From positions 1-64,000 of IMG/VR virus record IMGVR_UViG_2602041884_000001: 64,000 nt of DNA; one strand, written 5' to 3'. The notes below the pieces were generated by a model. It ran no database searches, was not told where the DNA came from, and saw nothing but the letters and a program-made list of their open reading frames with translations. Both the position numbers and the translations under genes were made by a program. How positions within the stretch are numbered: the stretch's first letter is position 1; each line of letters starts with the position of its first letter. The DNA comes from a virus. Its lineage: Duplodnaviria; Caudoviricetes. Shown piece after piece: positions 8,771 through 17,500 of this stretch.

Positions 8771-9973
8771 GTGACGATCAATCAGGGCGCACTCGCGCTT
8801 TTCAATAAGCCCCAGGTTTCCCAGCATGGAGCTCGACCGCTCGACGAGCTGATCCGCAAGGAGGTCGCCCTCGGCGTCATCCGCGAGATCGTCAAGCCGG
8901 AAGATCACATCGGCCTGACGCTCTTCCCCTTCAAGGAAGTTCCGTCAGACGACTACATCTTCAGCTACGTCAAGGGCCTCACGACCGGCCTGGCTCCGGC
9001 CATCGCCGAGTCTGCCGAGTCTGAGCTGGCTCAGAAGGATTCGGGCCTGGCCAACCAGGGTCGCGCCTCGCTGATCGACTGGCGACTGAAGGACCACTAC
9101 GACGCTGCCGACGTGCAGCGCTTCCTGGACCTCCAGCTGCTCGCCGAGTCGAACCAGTTCGGCCCGTACGGTCTGCCGAACACCCTCATGGGTGATCTCA
9201 ACCAGCTCCCCGAGCGGATGGTTCGAGATACCGGCGAGCGTCGGCGTCGTCTCGACAACCGAATGGAATGGCTGATCATGCAGTCCATCTCCAACGGCGG
9301 CATCGCCTACAACGACGGAAACATCAAGTTCTCCGTCGACTGGAAGCGTCCGGCGGACCAGCAGGGACAGGCTCCGGCTTCGGGTACCTACGCCAGCACG
9401 ACTCACGATCCGATCGGCGACATCAACGCTATCAAGCGAAAGATCTACGATCGGACCGGCGTCCTCATTACTCGGGCGATCTGCTCGAACAAGTTTCTGC
9501 TGTCGCTCATCAACTCGGACAAGTTCATCCTCCGAGCTGGCCTGGGTTCGGCATCGAACGCTGGCATCGACGCTACGGACATTCCCTACCTGCTCAACGG
9601 CTGGGGTCCGCAGGTGGCGATCGACGCTGTTCAGCAGCAGACCGGCATCACCTTCATCGAGTACGATTCGGGATACCGCTCGAAGCCGGACTTCGCCCAG
9701 GGTGGTGTCACCTTCAACCGCTACCTGCCAGAGAATCGCGTCATCTTCCTGCCGGACGACAACGCGATGGCAGAGTACGACTCGTCGGACATCGGCCTCG
9801 GCAAGATGCTCACGAGCCCGCACTCGATGGGCAACGGTGCAGCAGGCTTCTACACCTGGGAGCAGAACACCACCGACCCGTGGGGCAAGAACGTGGGAAC
9901 CGGCATCAAGGCCTTCCCGCTGTTCCCGCACATGGAGCTGACGTACACGATGGACGTCACGCTCCCCGCATAA
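8771..9973 (+). CDS. Major capsid protein (lambda gpE-like)
   Basis: GTG 8771 with SD AAGGAG; RRRLDNRMEWL, HDPIGDI and YLPENRVIFLP motifs; strongly biased codons. Confidence 0.88.
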   Translation: MTINQGALALFNKPQVSQHGARPLDELIRKEVALGVIREIVKPEDHIGLTLFPFKEVPSDDYIFSYVKGLTTGLAPAIAESAESELAQKDSGLANQGRASLIDWRLKDHYDAADVQRFLDLQLLAESNQFGPYGLPNTLMGDLNQLPERMVRDTGERRRRLDNRMEWLIMQSISNGGIAYNDGNIKFSVDWKRPADQQGQAPASGTYASTTHDPIGDINAIKRKIYDRTGVLITRAICSNKFLLSLINSDKFILRAGLGSASNAGIDATDIPYLLNGWGPQVAIDAVQQQTGITFIEYDSGYRSKPDFAQGGVTFNRYLPENRVIFLPDDNAMAEYDSSDIGLGKMLTSPHSMGNGAAGFYTWEQNTTDPWGKNVGTGIKAFPLFPHMELTYTMDVTLPA

Positions 9974-9989
9974 GGGAAAGGAGTTCGTC

Positions 9990-10184
9990 ATGGCCGGTAA
10001 GAGTTCCGTCGTGATGAAGAAGAAGGGTAACCGTGGGGGTGTCAACCCAGGCACCGGCGGTGCCAATCTCGGTCGCCTGCCGTACGGAGCGATCACCGGA
10101 GGCCAGTCGGCTGCCGATCCTGTGAAGTCTGTTGCAGACCTCCAGAAGGGGCAGCGTCGGGCCATCGGGTACGGACAGCACTAA
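9990..10184 (+). CDS. Small basic hypothetical protein
   Basis: SD AAAGGAG; biased codons. Confidence 0.65.
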   Translation: MAGKSSVVMKKKGNRGGVNPGTGGANLGRLPYGAITGGQSAADPVKSVADLQKGQRRAIGYGQH

Positions 10185-10189
10185 TCAAC

Positions 10190-10236
10190 AAGAAATGCCC
10201 CGCCTGGACTACCAAAGCCCAGTCGGGGCATTTCTT
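10190..10236 (+). terminator. Intrinsic terminator-like hairpin after capsid genes
   Basis: AAGAAATGCCCCG...CGGGGCATTTCTT stem ending in T-rich run. Confidence 0.65.
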
Positions 10237-10258
10237 GGTTCAATAGAAGGAGATTCAC

Positions 10259-10513
10259 ATGTCAGAGAAGCCCGTCTACATCGGCACTTCGCCCTCGTAC
10301 GAGAACGCCGCAAACAAGACAGACGTGCCCCGCTACTCGGACGAAGAGAAGGACGAGTTCGCCCGGTTCGCATCCACTCCGGAGCCGGAGCTCGTCTACG
10401 AGAGCGACAAGAAGGCCGAAGAGGAAGACAAGCCGAAGCCCGAAGAGGAGTCCAAGAAGGAAGAAGCTCCCAAGGGTGGACCGGAAATCACCCAGCCCTC
10501 CACCGGCCGATAA
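10259..10513 (+). CDS. Acidic hypothetical protein
   Basis: SD AAGGAG; Glu/Lys/Pro-rich. Confidence 0.7.
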   Translation: MSEKPVYIGTSPSYENAANKTDVPRYSDEEKDEFARFASTPEPELVYESDKKAEEEDKPKPEEESKKEEAPKGGPEITQPSTGR

Positions 10514-10522
10514 GGAAGAACG

Positions 10523-11038
10523 ATGACTGGCCCGAACCGTCCCGTGTATTGCACCGAGGGTGCAATCAGGGTTCATCTTCAGAACATCAAGCTCCCAACT
10601 GGCGTAAGCTGGGACACGATGGCGGAGACTGCATCGAACGAGGTTGACAGTACGATCGGCGTTCGGTACGTCACGCCAGTCATCGTTTCTCCGCTTGACC
10701 CGGCAACAAGTGCCGCTGCCTATTGGCTGCAGAATGTGTCTGCGCTTGTTGCTGCAGCTCGATTTATGCTCTCGGCGTCCGCTCCGGGGTCGATGGACAC
10801 TGCCAACAGGTATGGACAGTACTTGCTTCGCAACGCCCAGTCGATCATGCTGGACGTGGTCAACGGAAAGGTTGATCTGCCGGGCGCAGAGGAGCTGTCG
10901 TCTAACGACTCTGTTATTCAGGGTCCGACTACACTCAATGGAGATTCGTTCTCCCAGGTCGACATGTTCTACGACAACTTCATGGCAGAGGGAATCATGC
11001 CAGGCCGAAGGCCAAGTGGTGAGTCATGGCCCCGGTAG
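10523..11038 (+). CDS. Head-to-tail adaptor (Mu gp36-like)
   Basis: YCT, ASNEVDSTIGVRYVTPV and LDVVNGKVDL motifs; synteny. Confidence 0.75.
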   Translation: MTGPNRPVYCTEGAIRVHLQNIKLPTGVSWDTMAETASNEVDSTIGVRYVTPVIVSPLDPATSAAAYWLQNVSALVAAARFMLSASAPGSMDTANRYGQYLLRNAQSIMLDVVNGKVDLPGAEELSSNDSVIQGPTTLNGDSFSQVDMFYDNFMAEGIMPGRRPSGESWPR

Positions 11039-11526
11039 TTAACCTGCAGGTAGTAACCGACATTCGCAGGCCGACCCTAAAGCTCCGCGCACTGCAGGAC
11101 AGGGTGAGCGGAGCTGGGCTGGCGTCCTTTATGCACGGGTTCGCGGCTCCACTCCTGCAGGATAGAGCAGCCGCCCGGTTTGCCGAGGAGGGCGATAGCG
11201 CGTCGGGTTGGTGGCAGCCGCTGCGTGAATCCACTATCGCAAGACGCGAGAAGGAGAACCTCGTTCCAATCAAGATCAATGATCGAACGGGAGCCCTCCG
11301 GACCTGGGTGGAGAATGCACCAGGTAGGATTGTTGCAACCAAGGCGTCGGCGGCAATCGAGTGGCCGGGCAGGCCAGCCAACTCAACAACAGCAAAGAAG
11401 CTCAAGGTTGCACAGATGGGCTTGAGTGATCCATATACGCCGAGGCGTCCAGTCGTTGCAATCGACTCGGGCGACCTCCTGACAATCATGGCAGCACTGG
11501 AAGCCTGGATTGGAAGTGTAAAGTGA
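11026..11526 (+). CDS. Tail completion / virion morphogenesis protein (Mu gpG-like)
   Basis: RFAEEG..WQPLRESTIARR...RTGALR...PRRP. Confidence 0.7.
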   Translation: MAPVVNLQVVTDIRRPTLKLRALQDRVSGAGLASFMHGFAAPLLQDRAAARFAEEGDSASGWWQPLRESTIARREKENLVPIKINDRTGALRTWVENAPGRIVATKASAAIEWPGRPANSTTAKKLKVAQMGLSDPYTPRRPVVAIDSGDLLTIMAALEAWIGSVK

Positions 11527-12008
11527 TAGACAATCCAGGCGATGTATTCTTTCCGTACAATGCCATAGCGGTCCTGGAGAGTGCAACGAGAGTTGTTATT
11601 GATCCAGACCTCAACTTCGAGCGCCGAAGGCTTATCGTAACTGATCCAAACGATACGGTTGGAATCACTCCGGTAAGCTGGAATCCTGTTGCCGGTGAGA
11701 TCGGTCGAGTCGAGTCAACGCTCCAGCTGTACACCATTTACGTGCAGACACTCATCGTTGACCCGGAAGAATCTCGTGGACTTCAAACCCATTCGTACTT
11801 CGCAAAACGTGTGAGGGAAATGCTTGTGCGACACAAACCGTTGCATGTAGCATTGGGTTCACTCCAGACGACCGACCAAAACGGTGTGCGCGAGAAGATG
11901 CTGAAGACAACTGTTGGCGAGCAGGTCTTCCACAATCAGGAAGCAGACGGAAACTGGCGCTACCTGAGCACCCTTGAGCTTCGGCTCGAAACTCAGATTC
12001 AAAACTAG
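11523..12008 (+). CDS. Putative tail terminator
   Basis: Size and synteny; GTGA overlap. Confidence 0.55.
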   Translation: MIDNPGDVFFPYNAIAVLESATRVVIDPDLNFERRRLIVTDPNDTVGITPVSWNPVAGEIGRVESTLQLYTIYVQTLIVDPEESRGLQTHSYFAKRVREMLVRHKPLHVALGSLQTTDQNGVREKMLKTTVGEQVFHNQEADGNWRYLSTLELRLETQIQN

Positions 12009-12020
12009 CAAGGAGTAAGG

Positions 12021-12326
12021 ATGCCTTCACAGGAAGAGCTGCAGGCAAAGCGCGACGAGCTCGCCGCACTGCAGAAGTCCAACGCCGAGAAGCAGGCCGA
12101 GAAGGACGGCGAGGCCGCCGAGGCTCGGCGTCAGGCTGACTACGATCGACTCGAGCAGGAGATCGCGTACGCCAAGCAGGCTCAGGAGATCTTGGGCAGC
12201 ACCCCGCCCGACAACAGCGCAGGTAACACCAGCGCAACGCCGCCGGACAACGCAAACGTTCCCCCGGTGACGCCGCCGAGTGTGCCGAACTTCAACCTCG
12301 GCAACGACGAGAACGAGGAGAACTAA
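12021..12326 (+). CDS. Hypothetical coiled-coil protein
   Basis: SD AAGGAG; directly before major tail. Confidence 0.7.
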   Translation: MPSQEELQAKRDELAALQKSNAEKQAEKDGEAAEARRQADYDRLEQEIAYAKQAQEILGSTPPDNSAGNTSATPPDNANVPPVTPPSVPNFNLGNDENEEN

Positions 12327-12329
12327 GTC

Positions 12330-13349
12330 ATGGGTGTCAGTTCACAGCAGGGCGTCTTTGCTCTGAAGACGCAGGCGTCGCGAGGCACTCCGGCAACGAA
12401 CATCGGTACCACTGGCCTGGCGATGTATCGCACGGGCGGTTCGATGACTCCGAACCGCGAGCTCATGATCCCCGATGCGGAGATCGGCGGCGGTCGAGAT
12501 GTGCCGGACGCACTGCTCGGCCCCATCTCGTTCGGCGGCGATATCGAGTTCTACACTCGATTCAACTCGATCGGCATTCTCCTGAAGGCTGCGCTCGGTG
12601 CTCCCGTCAGTGCTGCTGGCACTGCAACGGGAACCAACGAGCACGAGTTCATTCCCACCGATGCAACCACTCTGCCGTTCCTGACGGTCTACGAGCGCAT
12701 CGGTGCGAATCTCGAGCGCATTCTGTACCAGGACTGCGTGGTGAATACTCTTCACCTCGAGTCGGATGCGGACGGCTACCTGACGGGTACTGCGGGCCTC
12801 ATCGGCTGCCGTGGCACCTTCGGCGCACCGGACGAGGACGTCTCGACGGTCCTGGACGAGACCACGATCACCGTGGGAACCAACATCAAGGTTCTCTACG
12901 GCGGCACGGACATCAAGGCGAAGTCGTTCTCGATCGACATCAACAACAACTTCGAAGATGACGACTTCCGTCTGGGCTCCTTCTACCTGGAGGACCTCAC
13001 CCCGAAGCGCCGCGAGGTCAACGGCTCGCTCACCCTGCGTCACGAGAACAAGGACATGATGCGCCAGGCGCTTCTGGGCTCCTCGTCTGCGACCCAGGCC
13101 GGTGGCCTCACGACCAAGGAAAAGATCGAAATCCAGATCGACACCTACGGCGAGATTCCCGGATCGACCCCGCCCACCACCTTCGGACTCAATCTCGAGT
13201 TCGGCAAGACGGTGTTCGAGCCCTTCGGCTTCGAGCCCTCGGGCGACGACATCCTCGAGTCGGATGTGACCTTCCAGGCACTCCGTCCGGTCTCGGCAGA
13301 CCCGGTGATGAAGGCGACGCTGATCAACGGCCTCGCTGCAATCCCGTAA
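12330..13349 (+). CDS. Major tail (tube) protein
   Basis: GGDIEF, YQDCVVNTLHL, KSFSIDINNN and REVNGSLTL tail-tube motifs; biased codons. Confidence 0.85.
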   Translation: MGVSSQQGVFALKTQASRGTPATNIGTTGLAMYRTGGSMTPNRELMIPDAEIGGGRDVPDALLGPISFGGDIEFYTRFNSIGILLKAALGAPVSAAGTATGTNEHEFIPTDATTLPFLTVYERIGANLERILYQDCVVNTLHLESDADGYLTGTAGLIGCRGTFGAPDEDVSTVLDETTITVGTNIKVLYGGTDIKAKSFSIDINNNFEDDDFRLGSFYLEDLTPKRREVNGSLTLRHENKDMMRQALLGSSSATQAGGLTTKEKIEIQIDTYGEIPGSTPPTTFGLNLEFGKTVFEPFGFEPSGDDILESDVTFQALRPVSADPVMKATLINGLAAIP

Positions 13350-13372
13350 GACCAGGCTACCTCCTGGGGCTG

Positions 13373-13414
13373 GCCCCTCCTGCTTTGTGTCTAACTCCCC
13401 GGGGCAGGAGGGGC
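13373..13414 (+). terminator. GC-rich hairpin between major tail gene and tRNA
   Basis: GCCCCTCCTGC / GCAGGAGGGGC 11-bp stem; weak U tract. Confidence 0.5.
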
Positions 13415-13420
13415 TTCCAA

Positions 13421-13493
13421 TGTGATATAGCTCAATTGGCAGAGCGCTGGACTGTTAATCCGGTGGTTGAAGGTTCGAGTCCTTCTATCACAG
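13421..13493 (+). tRNA. tRNA-Asn (GUU)
   Basis: Acceptor TGTGATA/TATCACA, D arm GCTC/GAGC, anticodon loop CTGTTAA, T arm GAAGG-TTCGAGT-CCTTC, discriminator G; CCA not encoded. Confidence 0.95.
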
Positions 13494-13545
13494 CTTTATA
13501 ACTGAATACAAGAAAGTCAACCAAAGACCACGAAAGGGTCACCCA

Positions 13546-14136
13546 ATGACTGCAGGCATCCCCGTTGCGGGAGCACAGGACACCAGCGACTTCGAAGGCC
13601 GTCCGGAGGTCGAACGCGCAAACGAGCGCGCCGTCGCAGCTGGCGAGCAGATCGAAGAGCGTCAGTTCGTCGACTACTTCGCGGCACCGCAGCCGGAGCG
13701 CTGGTACCTGCCCGACGGTGTTCAGTACTTCGAGTTCCAGGAACTTCGCGAGGGCGGCAAGGCTGCATACGAGAAGGCAACCAACAAGGACATTCGTGTC
13801 CAGCGCTCGACGGGCGATGCTCGCCTGTCGGTCGACCCGGCAACCCAGCGTCAGACGCTGATCCGCCTCTCTGTCACCGACGTGCACCTCCTGCAGTCGG
13901 ACGCGCGAGGCATCGCAGTCCCGATGGTCTTCAACAAGGATCGTCCCGGCAAGTTCTGGGAGAACCTGTTCACGTTCTTCCCGGCGAAGCTCGTCGATCA
14001 GCTGCACCAGGAGATCACGAAGGCCAACGCCTGGCTGGCGGCAGACGACGACGTGGAGGCGCTGAAGGAAGAGCGCGAGCGCCTCGATGAGCGCATCGAG
14101 CGCGCCGAGGAGGAGCAAGCAAAAAAGACCTCCTAG
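13546..14136 (+). CDS. Tail assembly chaperone (gpG)
   Basis: Between major tail and tape measure; ends at a slippery heptamer. Confidence 0.85.
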   Translation: MTAGIPVAGAQDTSDFEGRPEVERANERAVAAGEQIEERQFVDYFAAPQPERWYLPDGVQYFEFQELREGGKAAYEKATNKDIRVQRSTGDARLSVDPATQRQTLIRLSVTDVHLLQSDARGIAVPMVFNKDRPGKFWENLFTFFPAKLVDQLHQEITKANAWLAADDDVEALKEERERLDERIERAEEEQAKKTS

Positions 14137-14396
14137 CAGAGCAGGCGAGTGACTTCGTAAAGGGGAAGTCGATTTCAAATCCCCACCCTGCTTTGCTGAT
14201 CTACGGTCGACTCGAGGCGATGAAGTGGTCAATCCCCTATTCGCCCGGCGGACTGGAAGATCAAAGCGTGATGTTGCTCCGATCGTTCGATCTCATCAAT
14301 AGAGTCAAGGGTGAGCACGAGCGCCAGGAGAACAAGAAGCGCGAGCAAGAAATGAAGTCTAAACAGCAGAGCAGGCCGAGAGGCAAGCGACGCTAA
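14121..14396 (+). CDS. Tail assembly chaperone -1 frameshift extension (gpGT)
   Basis: A AAA AAG at 14121-14127; -1 frame is open (DLLAEQASDFVKGK...) and continuous with ORF 14193-14396 (PYSPGGLEDQ). Confidence 0.85.
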   Translation, partial: KKDLLAEQASDFVKGKSISNPHPALLIYGRLEAMKWSIPYSPGGLEDQSVMLLRSFDLINRVKGEHERQENKKREQEMKSKQQSRPRGKRR

Positions 14397-14445
14397 TACA
14401 CACAAAGGGTAGTGCTTGAATAGCACTACCCTTTGTGTGTATTAT
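14394..14445 (+). promoter_or_regulatory. 23-bp perfect inverted repeat overlapping a putative promoter
   Basis: Arms 14394-14416 / 14422-14444, loop TGAAT; -35 TTGAAT 14416-14421, 18 nt, -10 TATTAT 14440-14445. Confidence 0.65.
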
Positions 14446-14505
14446 TGGCATCACTCAAAGGACACACGAGGTCCATCACCATTGGACCTTAAGTCTGGAG
14501 TAGCC

Positions 14506-17500
14506 TTGAACTCGAGCGTGAATATCCTCATCACGGCAGCGGCTAGCCGGGCTCGCTCTACCATTAATTCGGTACAGGCGCAGCTTCGCTCGCTTCAGGC
14601 GGCAAGTGCTACCACTCGAGCTTCGTCCAATGGACCCTGGTTTAATGGTCTCGCTCCCGCCCAGGGTCGCATCGCGAGCACCCAGGCACAGCTTCGAACC
14701 CTGACGGGTGTTACCAATACCGCTAACGCGGCGAGTAACAGGCCCTGGTTCGCCTCTATGACGGCTTCCGGTTCACGACTACAGTGGATCGGCAAGCAGC
14801 TAACAACAAACTTCACGGCCCCGGTCCTGATTGCGTCCGCCGTTGGAGTGAAGTTTGGGCTCGACATGGAGAAGTCCATGACGCGCGTCCGAAAGGTCTA
14901 CGGCGACGGTGCGCTGGCCCAGAAGGAACTCTCGAGCGGAATTAACATCACCGCTCGAGAGACCAAGGCTCTCGAGAAGAACTTCATTGCACTCTCGGAT
15001 CGGTTTGGCGTTCAGGCTGACGAGGTTGCTGGCGTGGCTGCCGAATGGGCCGCTGCGGGCAGCTCTGGTGTGGCACTCGCAAAGCAGACCAAGCTCACTA
15101 TGGAGACTATGGTCCTTGGCGAGATGGAGGCCGCCGAGGCAACCAAGTCTCTCATTGCGATTCAGGCCCAGTGGGGCACTGATACCGAAGGCCTTACGCA
15201 CACACTTCGCCAGCTTAACGCGGTTGAAAATGAAACTGGCACCACACTCTCTGATCTCGTTGTAGGCTTTTCGCGAGCCTCCGCGTCGGCTCGAGCCGCC
15301 GGACTCCAAACCGGCGAACTGGCCGCAATGATTGCCGCTCTTACTCCTGCGGCAGGCTCTGCGTCCGAGGCTGGTAACTCTCTTAAGACGGTCTTCGCTC
15401 GCATTATGAAGCCGACTGCAGACTTCACGAAGGTTATGGATGCTATGGGCATCCAGACCGAATCCTCCGCTTGGCAGAGCATGAACGCTGGAAAGCGTCT
15501 TAAGTTTCTTGCGGACAGCTTCAAAGATCTTACTGCACCGCAGCGCGCGGTCGTCTCGTCGCTCGCCGCCGGTAACTGGCAGGTCAACCGCTTCCAGCAG
15601 CTCATGGAGGAAATGGGCAAGGAGAACGGCTACTACGGAAAGACGCTCAAGCTTCTTGCTGATAATGATCGTGTTGCAGCGATTGCACAGAACGAGCTTA
15701 ATGCCGTTCTCGAGTCGAGTCCGCAGCGCGCAAAGCAGGCTGGCGTAATTATCCAGAACTCTCTTATGAAGGCTATGGAACCTTTGATTCCGGTCATCAT
15801 TCAGTTGGGACTCTGGTTCGGCAAGCTGTTCCGTTCGTTCTCGGAGATTGACCCGAAGATCAGGACGACGGTCATTGCCCTCCTCCTTCTGCTTGCAGTA
15901 CTCGGTCCAATGATCGTTGCGGCAGGCATCCTCAAGCTCTCTATCGGACAGCTTGCGCCAATCTTCATGTTCCTCGGTCGAGCACTTTTGCTCCCGCTGG
16001 CGCCACTAAAGCTTCTTCGTCTCTCGTTTTGGGCAACAGCAGCTCAGACCGTAGTCGGCTCTCGCCTCATGGCGGTCGCGGTCGTAACAATGAACTCTAT
16101 GGCGACAATGCTCAAGGGCGTTGCGCTTATTACGGTTGCCGCATGGAGGATCGTTGCTATTGGAGCGGCGGTAACGAGTCGAGCTATGGTGGCAGCCTGG
16201 GCTGTTGCTCACGCAAAGCTTGTTCTCATGCAGGTGGTAACCGGCATTAAGCTTACCCGACTCCAGTTTGTCATGTATGGCGCATGGCTCACTGCTCAGC
16301 TCGTGTGGGCACAAGCCTCGGCTGCTATCGTAACGCTTTGGCGCAAGCTGCAGTATGCAGGATACCTACTCTGGTCCCGCGTCAGCATTCCACTGTTTGC
16401 ACTTTGGAGCGCAATCACCACCGGAATCCAGAAGACCTGGGCAGCGACATGGCTTGCCATGCAGGCAACCTGGCGAGCTGCCGTCATTATGGGCGAGGCC
16501 GCCTGGGCTGCTGCATCTGCTCTCAGGATTGCAATCTGGAGTGCCACTACACTGGCAATGCAGCGCAGCTGGTCACTTGCCTGGCTTACGATCAGCTTCG
16601 GCTGGGCTGCCGCAACCACTGCGATCACGACCGCCTGGGCTCGCGCCCAGCCGATTCTCGTCCTGGCCGCACAGGCGTCCATGCTCGCAATCGTTCGGGC
16701 CGGAAGCGCGGCAATCCTGATTGTCCAGAAGGCTTGGGCACTCGGCATGATGCTCCTCTCTGCCTCCACATGGAAGGGGCTCATTGCCCTTTCTGCTGGC
16801 GGAATGAAGGGCATCTTCACGATGGTCCTTCGAGGCGGCGCGATGATTCTTGGCGCACTGGCTTCGCCGTGGATTCTTGCAATCGGGGCTGTCGTCGGCC
16901 TGCTTGTCGTGTTCCGCAAGCAGATCGCACAAGCCTTCAACAATATCGTTGCATACTTCAAGAACCTTCCGGCAGAGACCGCGAAGGGGCTTTCGCCTAT
17001 TGCGAACATTTTTATTAAGATCAAGAACGTTGCGCTGCGTGCATTCAATGCACTGCCCAACGGAATTAAGTCTGCACTCCTCAAGGTTGTTGCGATCGTT
17101 CGCGCAGCCGCACTGAAGGTGTACGAGCTGTTTTCGTACATCAACCCGTTCGCGCACCACTCGCCCTCGCTGGTGGAGAATGTTACGAACGGCATGGAGG
17201 TTGTTAACCAGCAGTTCACCAACAGCGCTAACCATGCCAAGCGCACGATCGGAGCTCTTCATGCTTCGATCAAGACACTGCAGGGCTTGAGCAAGCCTGT
17301 CGTTGACGCCAACACAAAGGCCGACTACGATAAGGTTCGATCGAACGCGAACCAGGCTGGCGTCGGAAATGCAATGCCAGCCTATGACAAGCTGAACGCG
17401 CAGGTCAAGGCTGGTACGGCACAGCTGACTGCGATGAATAGGACAATTGATGCTCACGAGGCGAAGCTCAAGCGCATCAAGTCTGGCGTAGACCAGTACG

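Noticed and set aside
7182-10165. Long antisense ORFs (379 aa and 406 aa) opposite the protease and capsid genes
   Set aside because: Expected shadows of strongly biased GC-rich codon usage; no motifs or SD
13340-13349. Possible +1 frameshift extension at the major tail stop (ATC CCG TAA)
   Set aside because: Not the CCC-TAA signal, and a hairpin and tRNA follow rather than an Ig-like extension
14416-14505. ORF-track start of the tape measure at 14416
   Set aside because: Falls inside the palindrome/promoter; TTG 14506 has an SD and fits better
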